64,000 bases of DNA, taken from contig CM097887.1 of assembly GCA_044892525.1 (NCBI GenBank), positions 142,640,397 through 142,704,396 on the forward strand. Reading direction: 5' to 3'. This stretch comes from Schmidtea polychroa (taxonomy: Eukaryota). Every line of letters starts with the position of its first letter. Position 1 is the first letter of the stretch. Position numbers and translations under genes: made by a program. The notes beneath the pieces are model-generated. The model was given only the letters and a program-made list of their open reading frames with translations, ran no database searches and had not been told where the DNA came from. Shown piece after piece: positions 1-13,300 of the stretch.

Positions 1-39
1 CTAAGCAGAAGATTGCGGGTTCGAGTCCCGCCGTGGGTA
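1..39 (+). tRNA. tRNA-Arg(CCT), 3' part, truncated by the window edge
   Basis: Identical to the last 39 nt of the array Arg gene. Confidence 0.9.
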
Positions 40-158
40 AATTTTATTCTCAACCAGAAATTTGAAATTTAGCAAAAAATAGGTCTCATCCAAAACTCAA
101 TGATATCTCACGACGACAAAGAAAAGTTTTTTGAAACAGAGATACAAGTAAAATTAAT

Positions 159-230
159 GGGCTCAGCCGGGAATTGAACCCGGGACCTCTCGCACCCGAA
201 GCGAGAATCATACCCCTAGACCACTGAGCC
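159..230 (-). tRNA. tRNA-Pro(CGG), first of 42 copies (159+442k; -1 after the deletion near 10361)
   Basis: Reverse complement GGCTCAGTGGTCTAGGGGTATGATTCTCGCTTCGGGTGCGAGAGGTCCCGGGTTCAATTCCCGGCTGAGCCC. Cloverleaf with anticodon stem CTCGC/GCGAG and loop TT-CGG-GT; very close to metazoan tRNA-Pro-CGG; T4 Pol III terminator just downstream on the minus strand. Confidence 0.97.
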
Positions 231-408
231 AACAATTATATTTTGTTACAAAGTAGAAATCTATTGGAAAAATTCTCAATTTTCAATTTCTCGTTTTTTA
301 TTGAAAATAAGTGAGTAAGTAAAAACAAGTTATTGTTTGGGGATTATGAATCATGTCAAATGTATTTTCAGAATGTTATTTAGATTTGAAAATTAAAATT
401 TTTCTTAA

Positions 409-481
409 GCCCGCGTGGCCTAATGGATAAGGCGTCTGCCTCCTAAGCAGAAGATTGCGGGTTCGAGTCCCGCCGTGGGTA
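409..481 (+). tRNA. tRNA-Arg(CCT), first complete copy of 42 (409+442k; -1 after the deletion near 10361)
   Basis: GCCCGCGTGGCCTAATGGATAAGGCGTCTGCCTCCTAAGCAGAAGATTGCGGGTTCGAGTCCCGCCGTGGGTA. Anticodon stem TCTGC/GCAGA, loop CT-CCT-AA, A and B boxes intact, T4 terminator at 484-487; very close to metazoan tRNA-Arg-CCT. Confidence 0.97.
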
Positions 482-600
482 AATTTTATTCTCAACCAGA
501 AATTTGAAATTTAGCAAAAAATAGGTCTCATCCAAAACTCAATGATATCTCACGACGACAAAGAAAAGTTTTTTGAAACAGAGATACAAGTAAAATTAAT

Positions 601-672
601 GGGCTCAGCCGGTAATTGAACCCGGGACCTCTCGCACCCGAAGCGAGAATCATACCCCTAGACCACTGAGCC
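601..672 (-). pseudogene. tRNA-Pro(CGG) copy with C61A in the B box/T-stem
   Basis: Plus strand reads ccggtaattg where other copies read ccgggaattg (position 613). Breaks the G53-C61 pair. Could be a sequencing error. Confidence 0.5.
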
Positions 673-3600
673 AACAATTATATTTTGTTACAAAGTAGAA
701 ATCTATTGGAAAAATTCTCAATTTTCAATTTCTCGTTTTTTATTGAAAATAAGTGAGTAAGTAAAAACAAGTTATTGTTTGGGGATTATGAATCATGTCA
801 AATGTATTTTCAGAATGTTATTTAGATTTGAAAATTAAAATTTTTCTTAAGCCCGCGTGGCCTAATGGATAAGGCGTCTGCCTCCTAAGCAGAAGATTGC
901 GGGTTCGAGTCCCGCCGTGGGTAAATTTTATTCTCAACCAGAAATTTGAAATTTAGCAAAAAATAGGTCTCATCCAAAACTCAATGATATCTCACGACGA
1001 CAAAGAAAAGTTTTTTGAAACAGAGATACAAGTAAAATTAATGGGCTCAGCCGGGAATTGAACCCGGGACCTCTCGCACCCGAAGCGAGAATCATACCCC
1101 TAGACCACTGAGCCAACAATTATATTTTGTTACAAAGTAGAAATCTATTGGAAAAATTCTCAATTTTCAATTTCTCGTTTTTTATTGAAAATAAGTGAGT
1201 AAGTAAAAACAAGTTATTGTTTGGGGATTATGAATCATGTCAAATGTATTTTCAGAATGTTATTTAGATTTGAAAATTAAAATTTTTCTTAAGCCCGCGT
1301 GGCCTAATGGATAAGGCGTCTGCCTCCTAAGCAGAAGATTGCGGGTTCGAGTCCCGCCGTGGGTAAATTTTATTCTCAACCAGAAATTTGAAATTTAGCA
1401 AAAAATAGGTCTCATCCAAAACTCAATGATATCTCACGACGACAAAGAAAAGTTTTTTGAAACAGAGATACAAGTAAAATTAATGGGCTCAGCCGGGAAT
1501 TGAACCCGGGACCTCTCGCACCCGAAGCGAGAATCATACCCCTAGACCACTGAGCCAACAATTATATTTTGTTACAAAGTAGAAATCTATTGGAAAAATT
1601 CTCAATTTTCAATTTCTCGTTTTTTATTGAAAATAAGTGAGTAAGTAAAAACAAGTTATTGTTTGGGGATTATGAATCATGTCAAATGTATTTTCAGAAT
1701 GTTATTTAGATTTGAAAATTAAAATTTTTCTTAAGCCCGCGTGGCCTAATGGATAAGGCGTCTGCCTCCTAAGCAGAAGATTGCGGGTTCGAGTCCCGCC
1801 GTGGGTAAATTTTATTCTCAACCAGAAATTTGAAATTTAGCAAAAAATAGGTCTCATCCAAAACTCAATGATATCTCACGACGACAAAGAAAAGTTTTTT
1901 GAAACAGAGATACAAGTAAAATTAATGGGCTCAGCCGGGAATTGAACCCGGGACCTCTCGCACCCGAAGCGAGAATCATACCCCTAGACCACTGAGCCAA
2001 CAATTATATTTTGTTACAAAGTAGAAATCTATTGGAAAAATTCTCAATTTTCAATTTCTCGTTTTTTATTGAAAATAAGTGAGTAAGTAAAAACAAGTTA
2101 TTGTTTGGGGATTATGAATCATGTCAAATGTATTTTCAGAATGTTATTTAGATTTGAAAATTAAAATTTTTCTTAAGCCCGCGTGGCCTAATGGATAAGG
2201 CGTCTGCCTCCTAAGCAGAAGATTGCGGGTTCGAGTCCCGCCGTGGGTAAATTTTATTCTCAACCAGAAATTTGAAATTTAGCAAAAAATAGGTCTCATC
2301 CAAAACTCAATGATATCTCACGACGACAAAGAAAAGTTTTTTGAAACAGAGATACAAGTAAAATTAATGGGCTCAGCCGGGAATTGAACCCGGGACCTCT
2401 CGCACCCGAAGCGAGAATCATACCCCTAGACCACTGAGCCAACAATTATATTTTGTTACAAAGTAGAAATCTATTGGAAAAATTCTCAATTTTCAATTTC
2501 TCGTTTTTTATTGAAAATAAGTGAGTAAGTAAAAACAAGTTATTGTTTGGGGATTATGAATCATGTCAAATGTATTTTCAGAATGTTATTTAGATTTGAA
2601 AATTAAAATTTTTCTTAAGCCCGCGTGGCCTAATGGATAAGGCGTCTGCCTCCTAAGCAGAAGATTGCGGGTTCGAGTCCCGCCGTGGGTAAATTTTATT
2701 CTCAACCAGAAATTTGAAATTTAGCAAAAAATAGGTCTCATCCAAAACTCAATGATATCTCACGACGACAAAGAAAAGTTTTTTGAAACAGAGATACAAG
2801 TAAAATTAATGGGCTCAGCCGGGAATTGAACCCGGGACCTCTCGCACCCGAAGCGAGAATCATACCCCTAGACCACTGAGCCAACAATTATATTTTGTTA
2901 CAAAGTAGAAATCTATTGGAAAAATTCTCAATTTTCAATTTCTCGTTTTTTATTGAAAATAAGTGAGTAAGTAAAAACAAGTTATTGTTTGGGGATTATG
3001 AATCATGTCAAATGTATTTTCAGAATGTTATTTAGATTTGAAAATTAAAATTTTTCTTAAGCCCGCGTGGCCTAATGGATAAGGCGTCTGCCTCCTAAGC
3101 AGAAGATTGCGGGTTCGAGTCCCGCCGTGGGTAAATTTTATTCTCAACCAGAAATTTGAAATTTAGCAAAAAATAGGTCTCATCCAAAACTCAATGATAT
3201 CTCACGACGACAAAGAAAAGTTTTTTGAAACAGAGATACAAGTAAAATTAATGGGCTCAGCCGGGAATTGAACCCGGGACCTCTCGCACCCGAAGCGAGA
3301 ATCATACCCCTAGACCACTGAGCCAACAATTATATTTTGTTACAAAGTAGAAATCTATTGGAAAAATTCTCAATTTTCAATTTCTCGTTTTTTATTGAAA
3401 ATAAGTGAGTAAGTAAAAACAAGTTATTGTTTGGGGATTATGAATCATGTCAAATGTATTTTCAGAATGTTATTTAGATTTGAAAATTAAAATTTTTCTT
3501 AAGCCCGCGTGGCCTAATGGATAAGGCGTCTGCCTCCTAAGCAGAAGATTGCGGGTTCGAGTCCCGCCGTGGGTAAATTTTATTCTCAACCAGAAATTTG

Positions 3601-6154
3601 AAATTTAGCAAAAAATAGGTCTCATCCAAAACTCAATGATATCTCACGACGACAAAGAAAAGTTTTTTGAAACAGAGATACAAGTAAAATTAATGGGCTC
3701 AGCCGGGAATTGAACCCGGGACCTCTCGCACCCGAAGCGAGAATCATACCCCTAGACCACTGAGCCAACAATTATATTTTGTTACAAAGTAGAAATCTAT
3801 TGGAAAAATTCTCAATTTTCAATTTCTCGTTTTTTATTGAAAATAAGTGAGTAAGTAAAAACAAGTTATTGTTTGGGGATTATGAATCATGTCAAATGTA
3901 TTTTCAGAATGTTATTTAGATTTGAAAATTAAAATTTTTCTTAAGCCCGCGTGGCCTAATGGATAAGGCGTCTGCCTCCTAAGCAGAAGATTGCGGGTTC
4001 GAGTCCCGCCGTGGGTAAATTTTATTCTCAACCAGAAATTTGAAATTTAGCAAAAAATAGGTCTCATCCAAAACTCAATGATATCTCACGACGACAAAGA
4101 AAAGTTTTTTGAAACAGAGATACAAGTAAAATTAATGGGCTCAGCCGGGAATTGAACCCGGGACCTCTCGCACCCGAAGCGAGAATCATACCCCTAGACC
4201 ACTGAGCCAACAATTATATTTTGTTACAAAGTAGAAATCTATTGGAAAAATTCTCAATTTTCAATTTCTCGTTTTTTATTGAAAATAAGTGAGTAAGTAA
4301 AAACAAGTTATTGTTTGGGGATTATGAATCATGTCAAATGTATTTTCAGAATGTTATTTAGATTTGAAAATTAAAATTTTTCTTAAGCCCGCGTGGCCTA
4401 ATGGATAAGGCGTCTGCCTCCTAAGCAGAAGATTGCGGGTTCGAGTCCCGCCGTGGGTAAATTTTATTCTCAACCAGAAATTTGAAATTTAGCAAAAAAT
4501 AGGTCTCATCCAAAACTCAATGATATCTCACGACGACAAAGAAAAGTTTTTTGAAACAGAGATACAAGTAAAATTAATGGGCTCAGCCGGGAATTGAACC
4601 CGGGACCTCTCGCACCCGAAGCGAGAATCATACCCCTAGACCACTGAGCCAACAATTATATTTTGTTACAAAGTAGAAATCTATTGGAAAAATTCTCAAT
4701 TTTCAATTTCTCGTTTTTTATTGAAAATAAGTGAGTAAGTAAAAACAAGTTATTGTTTGGGGATTATGAATCATGTCAAATGTATTTTCAGAATGTTATT
4801 TAGATTTGAAAATTAAAATTTTTCTTAAGCCCGCGTGGCCTAATGGATAAGGCGTCTGCCTCCTAAGCAGAAGATTGCGGGTTCGAGTCCCGCCGTGGGT
4901 AAATTTTATTCTCAACCAGAAATTTGAAATTTAGCAAAAAATAGGTCTCATCCAAAACTCAATGATATCTCACGACGACAAAGAAAAGTTTTTTGAAACA
5001 GAGATACAAGTAAAATTAATGGGCTCAGCCGGGAATTGAACCCGGGACCTCTCGCACCCGAAGCGAGAATCATACCCCTAGACCACTGAGCCAACAATTA
5101 TATTTTGTTACAAAGTAGAAATCTATTGGAAAAATTCTCAATTTTCAATTTCTCGTTTTTTATTGAAAATAAGTGAGTAAGTAAAAACAAGTTATTGTTT
5201 GGGGATTATGAATCATGTCAAATGTATTTTCAGAATGTTATTTAGATTTGAAAATTAAAATTTTTCTTAAGCCCGCGTGGCCTAATGGATAAGGCGTCTG
5301 CCTCCTAAGCAGAAGATTGCGGGTTCGAGTCCCGCCGTGGGTAAATTTTATTCTCAACCAGAAATTTGAAATTTAGCAAAAAATAGGTCTCATCCAAAAC
5401 TCAATGATATCTCACGACGACAAAGAAAAGTTTTTTGAAACAGAGATACAAGTAAAATTAATGGGCTCAGCCGGGAATTGAACCCGGGACCTCTCGCACC
5501 CGAAGCGAGAATCATACCCCTAGACCACTGAGCCAACAATTATATTTTGTTACAAAGTAGAAATCTATTGGAAAAATTCTCAATTTTCAATTTCTCGTTT
5601 TTTATTGAAAATAAGTGAGTAAGTAAAAACAAGTTATTGTTTGGGGATTATGAATCATGTCAAATGTATTTTCAGAATGTTATTTAGATTTGAAAATTAA
5701 AATTTTTCTTAAGCCCGCGTGGCCTAATGGATAAGGCGTCTGCCTCCTAAGCAGAAGATTGCGGGTTCGAGTCCCGCCGTGGGTAAATTTCATTCTCAAC
5801 CAGAAATTTGAAATTTAGCAAAAAATAGGTCTCATCCAAAACTCAATGATATCTCACGACGACAAAGAAAAGTTTTTTGAAACAGAGATACAAGTAAAAT
5901 TAATGGGCTCAGCCGGGAATTGAACCCGGGACCTCTCGCACCCGAAGCGAGAATCATACCCCTAGACCACTGAGCCAACAATTATATTTTGTTACAAAGT
6001 AGAAATCTATTGGAAAAATTCTCAATTTTCAATTTCTCGTTTTTTATTGAAAATAAGTGAGTAAGTAAAAACAAGTTATTGTTTGGGGATTATGAATCAT
6101 GTCAAATGTATTTTCAGAATGTTATTTAGATTTGAAAATTAAAATTTTTCTTAA

Positions 6155-6227
6155 GCCCGCGTGGCCTAATGGATAAGGCGTCTGCCTCCTAAGCAGAAGA
6201 TTGCGGGTTCGTGTCCCGCCGTGGGTA
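6155..6227 (+). pseudogene. tRNA-Arg(CCT) copy with A58T in the T-loop/B box
   Basis: GGTTCGTGTCC where other copies read GGTTCGAGTCC (position 6212). Could be a sequencing error. Confidence 0.5.
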
Positions 6228-9200
6228 AATTTTATTCTCAACCAGAAATTTGAAATTTAGCAAAAAATAGGTCTCATCCAAAACTCAATGATATCTCACG
6301 ACGACAAAGAAAAGTTTTTTGAAACAGAGATACAAGTAAAATTAATGGGCTCAGCCGGGAATTGAACCCGGGACCTCTCGCACCCGAAGCGAGAATCATA
6401 CCCCTAGACCACTGAGCCAACAATTATATTTTGTTACAAAGTAGAAATCTATTGGAAAAATTCTCAATTTTCAATTTCTCGTTTTTTATTGAAAATAAGT
6501 GAGTAAGTAAAAACAAGTTATTGTTTGGGGATTATGAATCATGTCAAATGTATTTTCAGAATGTTATTTAGATTTGAAAATTAAAATTTTTCTTAAGCCC
6601 GCGTGGCCTAATGGATAAGGCGTCTGCCTCCTAAGCAGAAGATTGCGGGTTCGAGTCCCGCCGTGGGTAAATTTTATTCTCAACCAGAAATTTGAAATTT
6701 AGCAAAAAATAGGTCTCATCCAAAACTCAATGATATCTCACGACGACAAAGAAAAGTTTTTTGAAACAGAGATACAAGTAAAATTAATGGGCTCAGCCGG
6801 GAATTGAACCCGGGACCTCTCGCACCCGAAGCGAGAATCATACCCCTAGACCACTGAGCCAACAATTATATTTTGTTACAAAGTAGAAATCTATTGGAAA
6901 AATTCTCAATTTTCAATTTCTCGTTTTTTATTGAAAATAAGTGAGTAAGTAAAAACAAGTTATTGTTTGGGGATTATGAATCATGTCAAATGTATTTTCA
7001 GAATGTTATTTAGATTTGAAAATTAAAATTTTTCTTAAGCCCGCGTGGCCTAATGGATAAGGCGTCTGCCTCCTAAGCAGAAGATTGCGGGTTCGAGTCC
7101 CGCCGTGGGTAAATTTTATTCTCAACCAGAAATTTGAAATTTAGCAAAAAATAGGTCTCATCCAAAACTCAATGATATCTCACGACGACAAAGAAAAGTT
7201 TTTTGAAACAGAGATACAAGTAAAATTAATGGGCTCAGCCGGGAATTGAACCCGGGACCTCTCGCACCCGAAGCGAGAATCATACCCCTAGACCACTGAG
7301 CCAACAATTATATTTTGTTACAAAGTAGAAATCTATTGGAAAAATTCTCAATTTTCAATTTCTCGTTTTTTATTGAAAATAAGTGAGTAAGTAAAAACAA
7401 GTTATTGTTTGGGGATTATGAATCATGTCAAATGTATTTTCAGAATGTTATTTAGATTTGAAAATTAAAATTTTTCTTAAGCCCGCGTGGCCTAATGGAT
7501 AAGGCGTCTGCCTCCTAAGCAGAAGATTGCGGGTTCGAGTCCCGCCGTGGGTAAATTTTATTCTCAACCAGAAATTTGAAATTTAGCAAAAAATAGGTCT
7601 CATCCAAAACTCAATGATATCTCACGACGACAAAGAAAAGTTTTTTGAAACAGAGATACAAGTAAAATTAATGGGCTCAGCCGGGAATTGAACCCGGGAC
7701 CTCTCGCACCCGAAGCGAGAATCATACCCCTAGACCACTGAGCCAACAATTATATTTTGTTACAAAGTAGAAATCTATTGGAAAAATTCTCAATTTTCAA
7801 TTTCTCGTTTTTTATTGAAAATAAGTGAGTAAGTAAAAACAAGTTATTGTTTGGGGATTATGAATCATGTCAAATGTATTTTCAGAATGTTATTTAGATT
7901 TGAAAATTAAAATTTTTCTTAAGCCCGCGTGGCCTAATGGATAAGGCGTCTGCCTCCTAAGCAGAAGATTGCGGGTTCGAGTCCCGCCGTGGGTAAATTT
8001 TATTCTCAACCAGAAATTTGAAATTTAGCAAAAAATAGGTCTCATCCAAAACTCAATGATATCTCACGACGACAAAGAAAAGTTTTTTGAAACAGAGATA
8101 CAAGTAAAATTAATGGGCTCAGCCGGGAATTGAACCCGGGACCTCTCGCACCCGAAGCGAGAATCATACCCCTAGACCACTGAGCCAACAATTATATTTT
8201 GTTACAAAGTAGAAATCTATTGGAAAAATTCTCAATTTTCAATTTCTCGTTTTTTATTGAAAATAAGTGAGTAAGTAAAAACAAGTTATTGTTTGGGGAT
8301 TATGAATCATGTCAAATGTATTTTCAGAATGTTATTTAGATTTGAAAATTAAAATTTTTCTTAAGCCCGCGTGGCCTAATGGATAAGGCGTCTGCCTCCT
8401 AAGCAGAAGATTGCGGGTTCGAGTCCCGCCGTGGGTAAATTTTATTCTCAACCAGAAATTTGAAATTTAGCAAAAAATAGGTCTCATCCAAAACTCAATG
8501 ATATCTCACGACGACAAAGAAAAGTTTTTTGAAACAGAGATACAAGTAAAATTAATGGGCTCAGCCGGGAATTGAACCCGGGACCTCTCGCACCCGAAGC
8601 GAGAATCATACCCCTAGACCACTGAGCCAACAATTATATTTTGTTACAAAGTAGAAATCTATTGGAAAAATTCTCAATTTTCAATTTCTCGTTTTTTATT
8701 GAAAATAAGTGAGTAAGTAAAAACAAGTTATTGTTTGGGGATTATGAATCATGTCAAATGTATTTTCAGAATGTTATTTAGATTTGAAAATTAAAATTTT
8801 TCTTAAGCCCGCGTGGCCTAATGGATAAGGCGTCTGCCTCCTAAGCAGAAGATTGCGGGTTCGAGTCCCGCCGTGGGTAAATTTTATTCTCAACCAGAAA
8901 TTTGAAATTTAGCAAAAAATAGGTCTCATCCAAAACTCAATGATATCTCACGACGACAAAGAAAAGTTTTTTGAAACAGAGATACAAGTAAAATTAATGG
9001 GCTCAGCCGGGAATTGAACCCGGGACCTCTCGCACCCGAAGCGAGAATCATACCCCTAGACCACTGAGCCAACAATTATATTTTGTTACAAAGTAGAAAT
9101 CTATTGGAAAAATTCTCAATTTTCAATTTCTCGTTTTTTATTGAAAATAAGTGAGTAAGTAAAAACAAGTTATTGTTTGGGGATTATGAATCATGTCAAA

Positions 9201-10324
9201 TGTATTTTCAGAATGTTATTTAGATTTGAAAATTAAAATTTTTCTTAAGCCCGCGTGGCCTAATGGATAAGGCGTCTGCCTCCTAAGCAGAAGATTGCGG
9301 GTTCGAGTCCCGCCGTGGGTAAATTTTATTCTCAACCAGAAATTTGAAATTTAGCAAAAAATAGGTCTCATCCAAAACTCAATGATATCTCACGACGACA
9401 AAGAAAAGTTTTTTGAAACAGAGATACAAGTAAAATTAATGGGCTCAGCCGGGAATTGAACCCGGGACCTCTCGCACCCGAAGCGAGAATCATACCCCTA
9501 GACCACTGAGCCAACAATTATATTTTGTTACAAAGTAGAAATCTATTGGAAAAATTCTCAATTTTCAATTTCTCGTTTTTTATTGAAAATAAGTGAGTAA
9601 GTAAAAACAAGTTATTGTTTGGGGATTATGAATCATGTCAAATGTATTTTCAGAATGTTATTTAGATTTGAAAATTAAAATTTTTCTTAAGCCCGCGTGG
9701 CCTAATGGATAAGGCGTCTGCCTCCTAAGCAGAAGATTGCGGGTTCGAGTCCCGCCGTGGGTAAATTTTATTCTCAACCAGAAATTTGAAATTTAGCAAA
9801 AAATAGGTCTCATCCAAAACTCAATGATATCTCACGACGACAAAGAAAAGTTTTTTGAAACAGAGATACAAGTAAAATTAATGGGCTCAGCCGGGAATTG
9901 AACCCGGGACCTCTCGCACCCGAAGCGAGAATCATACCCCTAGACCACTGAGCCAACAATTATATTTTGTTACAAAGTAGAAATCTATTGGAAAAATTCT
10001 CAATTTTCAATTTCTCGTTTTTTATTGAAAATAAGTGAGTAAGTAAAAACAAGTTATTGTTTGGGGATTATGAATCATGTCAAATGTATTTTCAGAATGT
10101 TATTTAGATTTGAAAATTAAAATTTTTCTTAAGCCCGCGTGGCCTAATGGATAAGGCGTCTGCCTCCTAAGCAGAAGATTGCGGGTTCGAGTCCCGCCGT
10201 GGGTAAATTTTATTCTCAACCAGAAATTTGAAATTTAGCAAAAAATAGGTCTCATCCAAAACTCAATGATATCTCACGACGACAAAGAAAAGTTTTTTGA
10301 AACAGAGATACAAGTAAAATTAAT

Positions 10325-10395
10325 GGGCTCAGCCGGGAATTGAACCCGGGACCTCTCGCACCGAAGCGAGAATCATACCCCTAGACCACTGAGCC
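10325..10395 (-). pseudogene. tRNA-Pro copy with a 1-nt deletion in the anticodon loop
   Basis: cgca-ccgaag where other copies read cgca-cccgaag, giving a 6-nt loop. It is a homopolymer deletion, so it may be an error. Confidence 0.45.
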
Positions 10396-13300
10396 AACAA
10401 TTATATTTTGTTACAAAGTAGAAATCTATTGGAAAAATTCTCAATTTTCAATTTCTCGTTTTTTATTGAAAATAAGTGAGTAAGTAAAAACAAGTTATTG
10501 TTTGGGGATTATGAATCATGTCAAATGTATTTTCAGAATGTTATTTAGATTTGAAAATTAAAATTTTTCTTAAGCCCGCGTGGCCTAATGGATAAGGCGT
10601 CTGCCTCCTAAGCAGAAGATTGCGGGTTCGAGTCCCGCCGTGGGTAAATTTTATTCTCAACCAGAAATTTGAAATTTAGCAAAAAATAGGTCTCATCCAA
10701 AACTCAATGATATCTCACGACGACAAAGAAAAGTTTTTTGAAACAGAGATACAAGTAAAATTAATGGGCTCAGCCGGGAATTGAACCCGGGACCTCTCGC
10801 ACCCGAAGCGAGAATCATACCCCTAGACCACTGAGCCAACAATTATATTTTGTTACAAAGTAGAAATCTATTGGAAAAATTCTCAATTTTCAATTTCTCG
10901 TTTTTTATTGAAAATAAGTGAGTAAGTAAAAACAAGTTATTGTTTGGGGATTATGAATCATGTCAAATGTATTTTCAGAATGTTATTTAGATTTGAAAAT
11001 TAAAATTTTTCTTAAGCCCGCGTGGCCTAATGGATAAGGCGTCTGCCTCCTAAGCAGAAGATTGCGGGTTCGAGTCCCGCCGTGGGTAAATTTTATTCTC
11101 AACCAGAAATTTGAAATTTAGCAAAAAATAGGTCTCATCCAAAACTCAATGATATCTCACGACGACAAAGAAAAGTTTTTTGAAACAGAGATACAAGTAA
11201 AATTAATGGGCTCAGCCGGGAATTGAACCCGGGACCTCTCGCACCCGAAGCGAGAATCATACCCCTAGACCACTGAGCCAACAATTATATTTTGTTACAA
11301 AGTAGAAATCTATTGGAAAAATTCTCAATTTTCAATTTCTCGTTTTTTATTGAAAATAAGTGAGTAAGTAAAAACAAGTTATTGTTTGGGGATTATGAAT
11401 CATGTCAAATGTATTTTCAGAATGTTATTTAGATTTGAAAATTAAAATTTTTCTTAAGCCCGCGTGGCCTAATGGATAAGGCGTCTGCCTCCTAAGCAGA
11501 AGATTGCGGGTTCGAGTCCCGCCGTGGGTAAATTTTATTCTCAACCAGAAATTTGAAATTTAGCAAAAAATAGGTCTCATCCAAAACTCAATGATATCTC
11601 ACGACGACAAAGAAAAGTTTTTTGAAACAGAGATACAAGTAAAATTAATGGGCTCAGCCGGGAATTGAACCCGGGACCTCTCGCACCCGAAGCGAGAATC
11701 ATACCCCTAGACCACTGAGCCAACAATTATATTTTGTTACAAAGTAGAAATCTATTGGAAAAATTCTCAATTTTCAATTTCTCGTTTTTTATTGAAAATA
11801 AGTGAGTAAGTAAAAACAAGTTATTGTTTGGGGATTATGAATCATGTCAAATGTATTTTCAGAATGTTATTTAGATTTGAAAATTAAAATTTTTCTTAAG
11901 CCCGCGTGGCCTAATGGATAAGGCGTCTGCCTCCTAAGCAGAAGATTGCGGGTTCGAGTCCCGCCGTGGGTAAATTTTATTCTCAACCAGAAATTTGAAA
12001 TTTAGCAAAAAATAGGTCTCATCCAAAACTCAATGATATCTCACGACGACAAAGAAAAGTTTTTTGAAACAGAGATACAAGTAAAATTAATGGGCTCAGC
12101 CGGGAATTGAACCCGGGACCTCTCGCACCCGAAGCGAGAATCATACCCCTAGACCACTGAGCCAACAATTATATTTTGTTACAAAGTAGAAATCTATTGG
12201 AAAAATTCTCAATTTTCAATTTCTCGTTTTTTATTGAAAATAAGTGAGTAAGTAAAAACAAGTTATTGTTTGGGGATTATGAATCATGTCAAATGTATTT
12301 TCAGAATGTTATTTAGATTTGAAAATTAAAATTTTTCTTAAGCCCGCGTGGCCTAATGGATAAGGCGTCTGCCTCCTAAGCAGAAGATTGCGGGTTCGAG
12401 TCCCGCCGTGGGTAAATTTTATTCTCAACCAGAAATTTGAAATTTAGCAAAAAATAGGTCTCATCCAAAACTCAATGATATCTCACGACGACAAAGAAAA
12501 GTTTTTTGAAACAGAGATACAAGTAAAATTAATGGGCTCAGCCGGGAATTGAACCCGGGACCTCTCGCACCCGAAGCGAGAATCATACCCCTAGACCACT
12601 GAGCCAACAATTATATTTTGTTACAAAGTAGAAATCTATTGGAAAAATTCTCAATTTTCAATTTCTCGTTTTTTATTGAAAATAAGTGAGTAAGTAAAAA
12701 CAAGTTATTGTTTGGGGATTATGAATCATGTCAAATGTATTTTCAGAATGTTATTTAGATTTGAAAATTAAAATTTTTCTTAAGCCCGCGTGGCCTAATG
12801 GATAAGGCGTCTGCCTCCTAAGCAGAAGATTGCGGGTTCGAGTCCCGCCGTGGGTAAATTTTATTCTCAACCAGAAATTTGAAATTTAGCAAAAAATAGG
12901 TCTCATCCAAAACTCAATGATATCTCACGACGACAAAGAAAAGTTTTTTGAAACAGAGATACAAGTAAAATTAATGGGCTCAGCCGGGAATTGAACCCGG
13001 GACCTCTCGCACCCGAAGCGAGAATCATACCCCTAGACCACTGAGCCAACAATTATATTTTGTTACAAAGTAGAAATCTATTGGAAAAATTCTCAATTTT
13101 CAATTTCTCGTTTTTTATTGAAAATAAGTGAGTAAGTAAAAACAAGTTATTGTTTGGGGATTATGAATCATGTCAAATGTATTTTCAGAATGTTATTTAG
13201 ATTTGAAAATTAAAATTTTTCTTAAGCCCGCGTGGCCTAATGGATAAGGCGTCTGCCTCCTAAGCAGAAGATTGCGGGTTCGAGTCCCGCCGTGGGTAAA

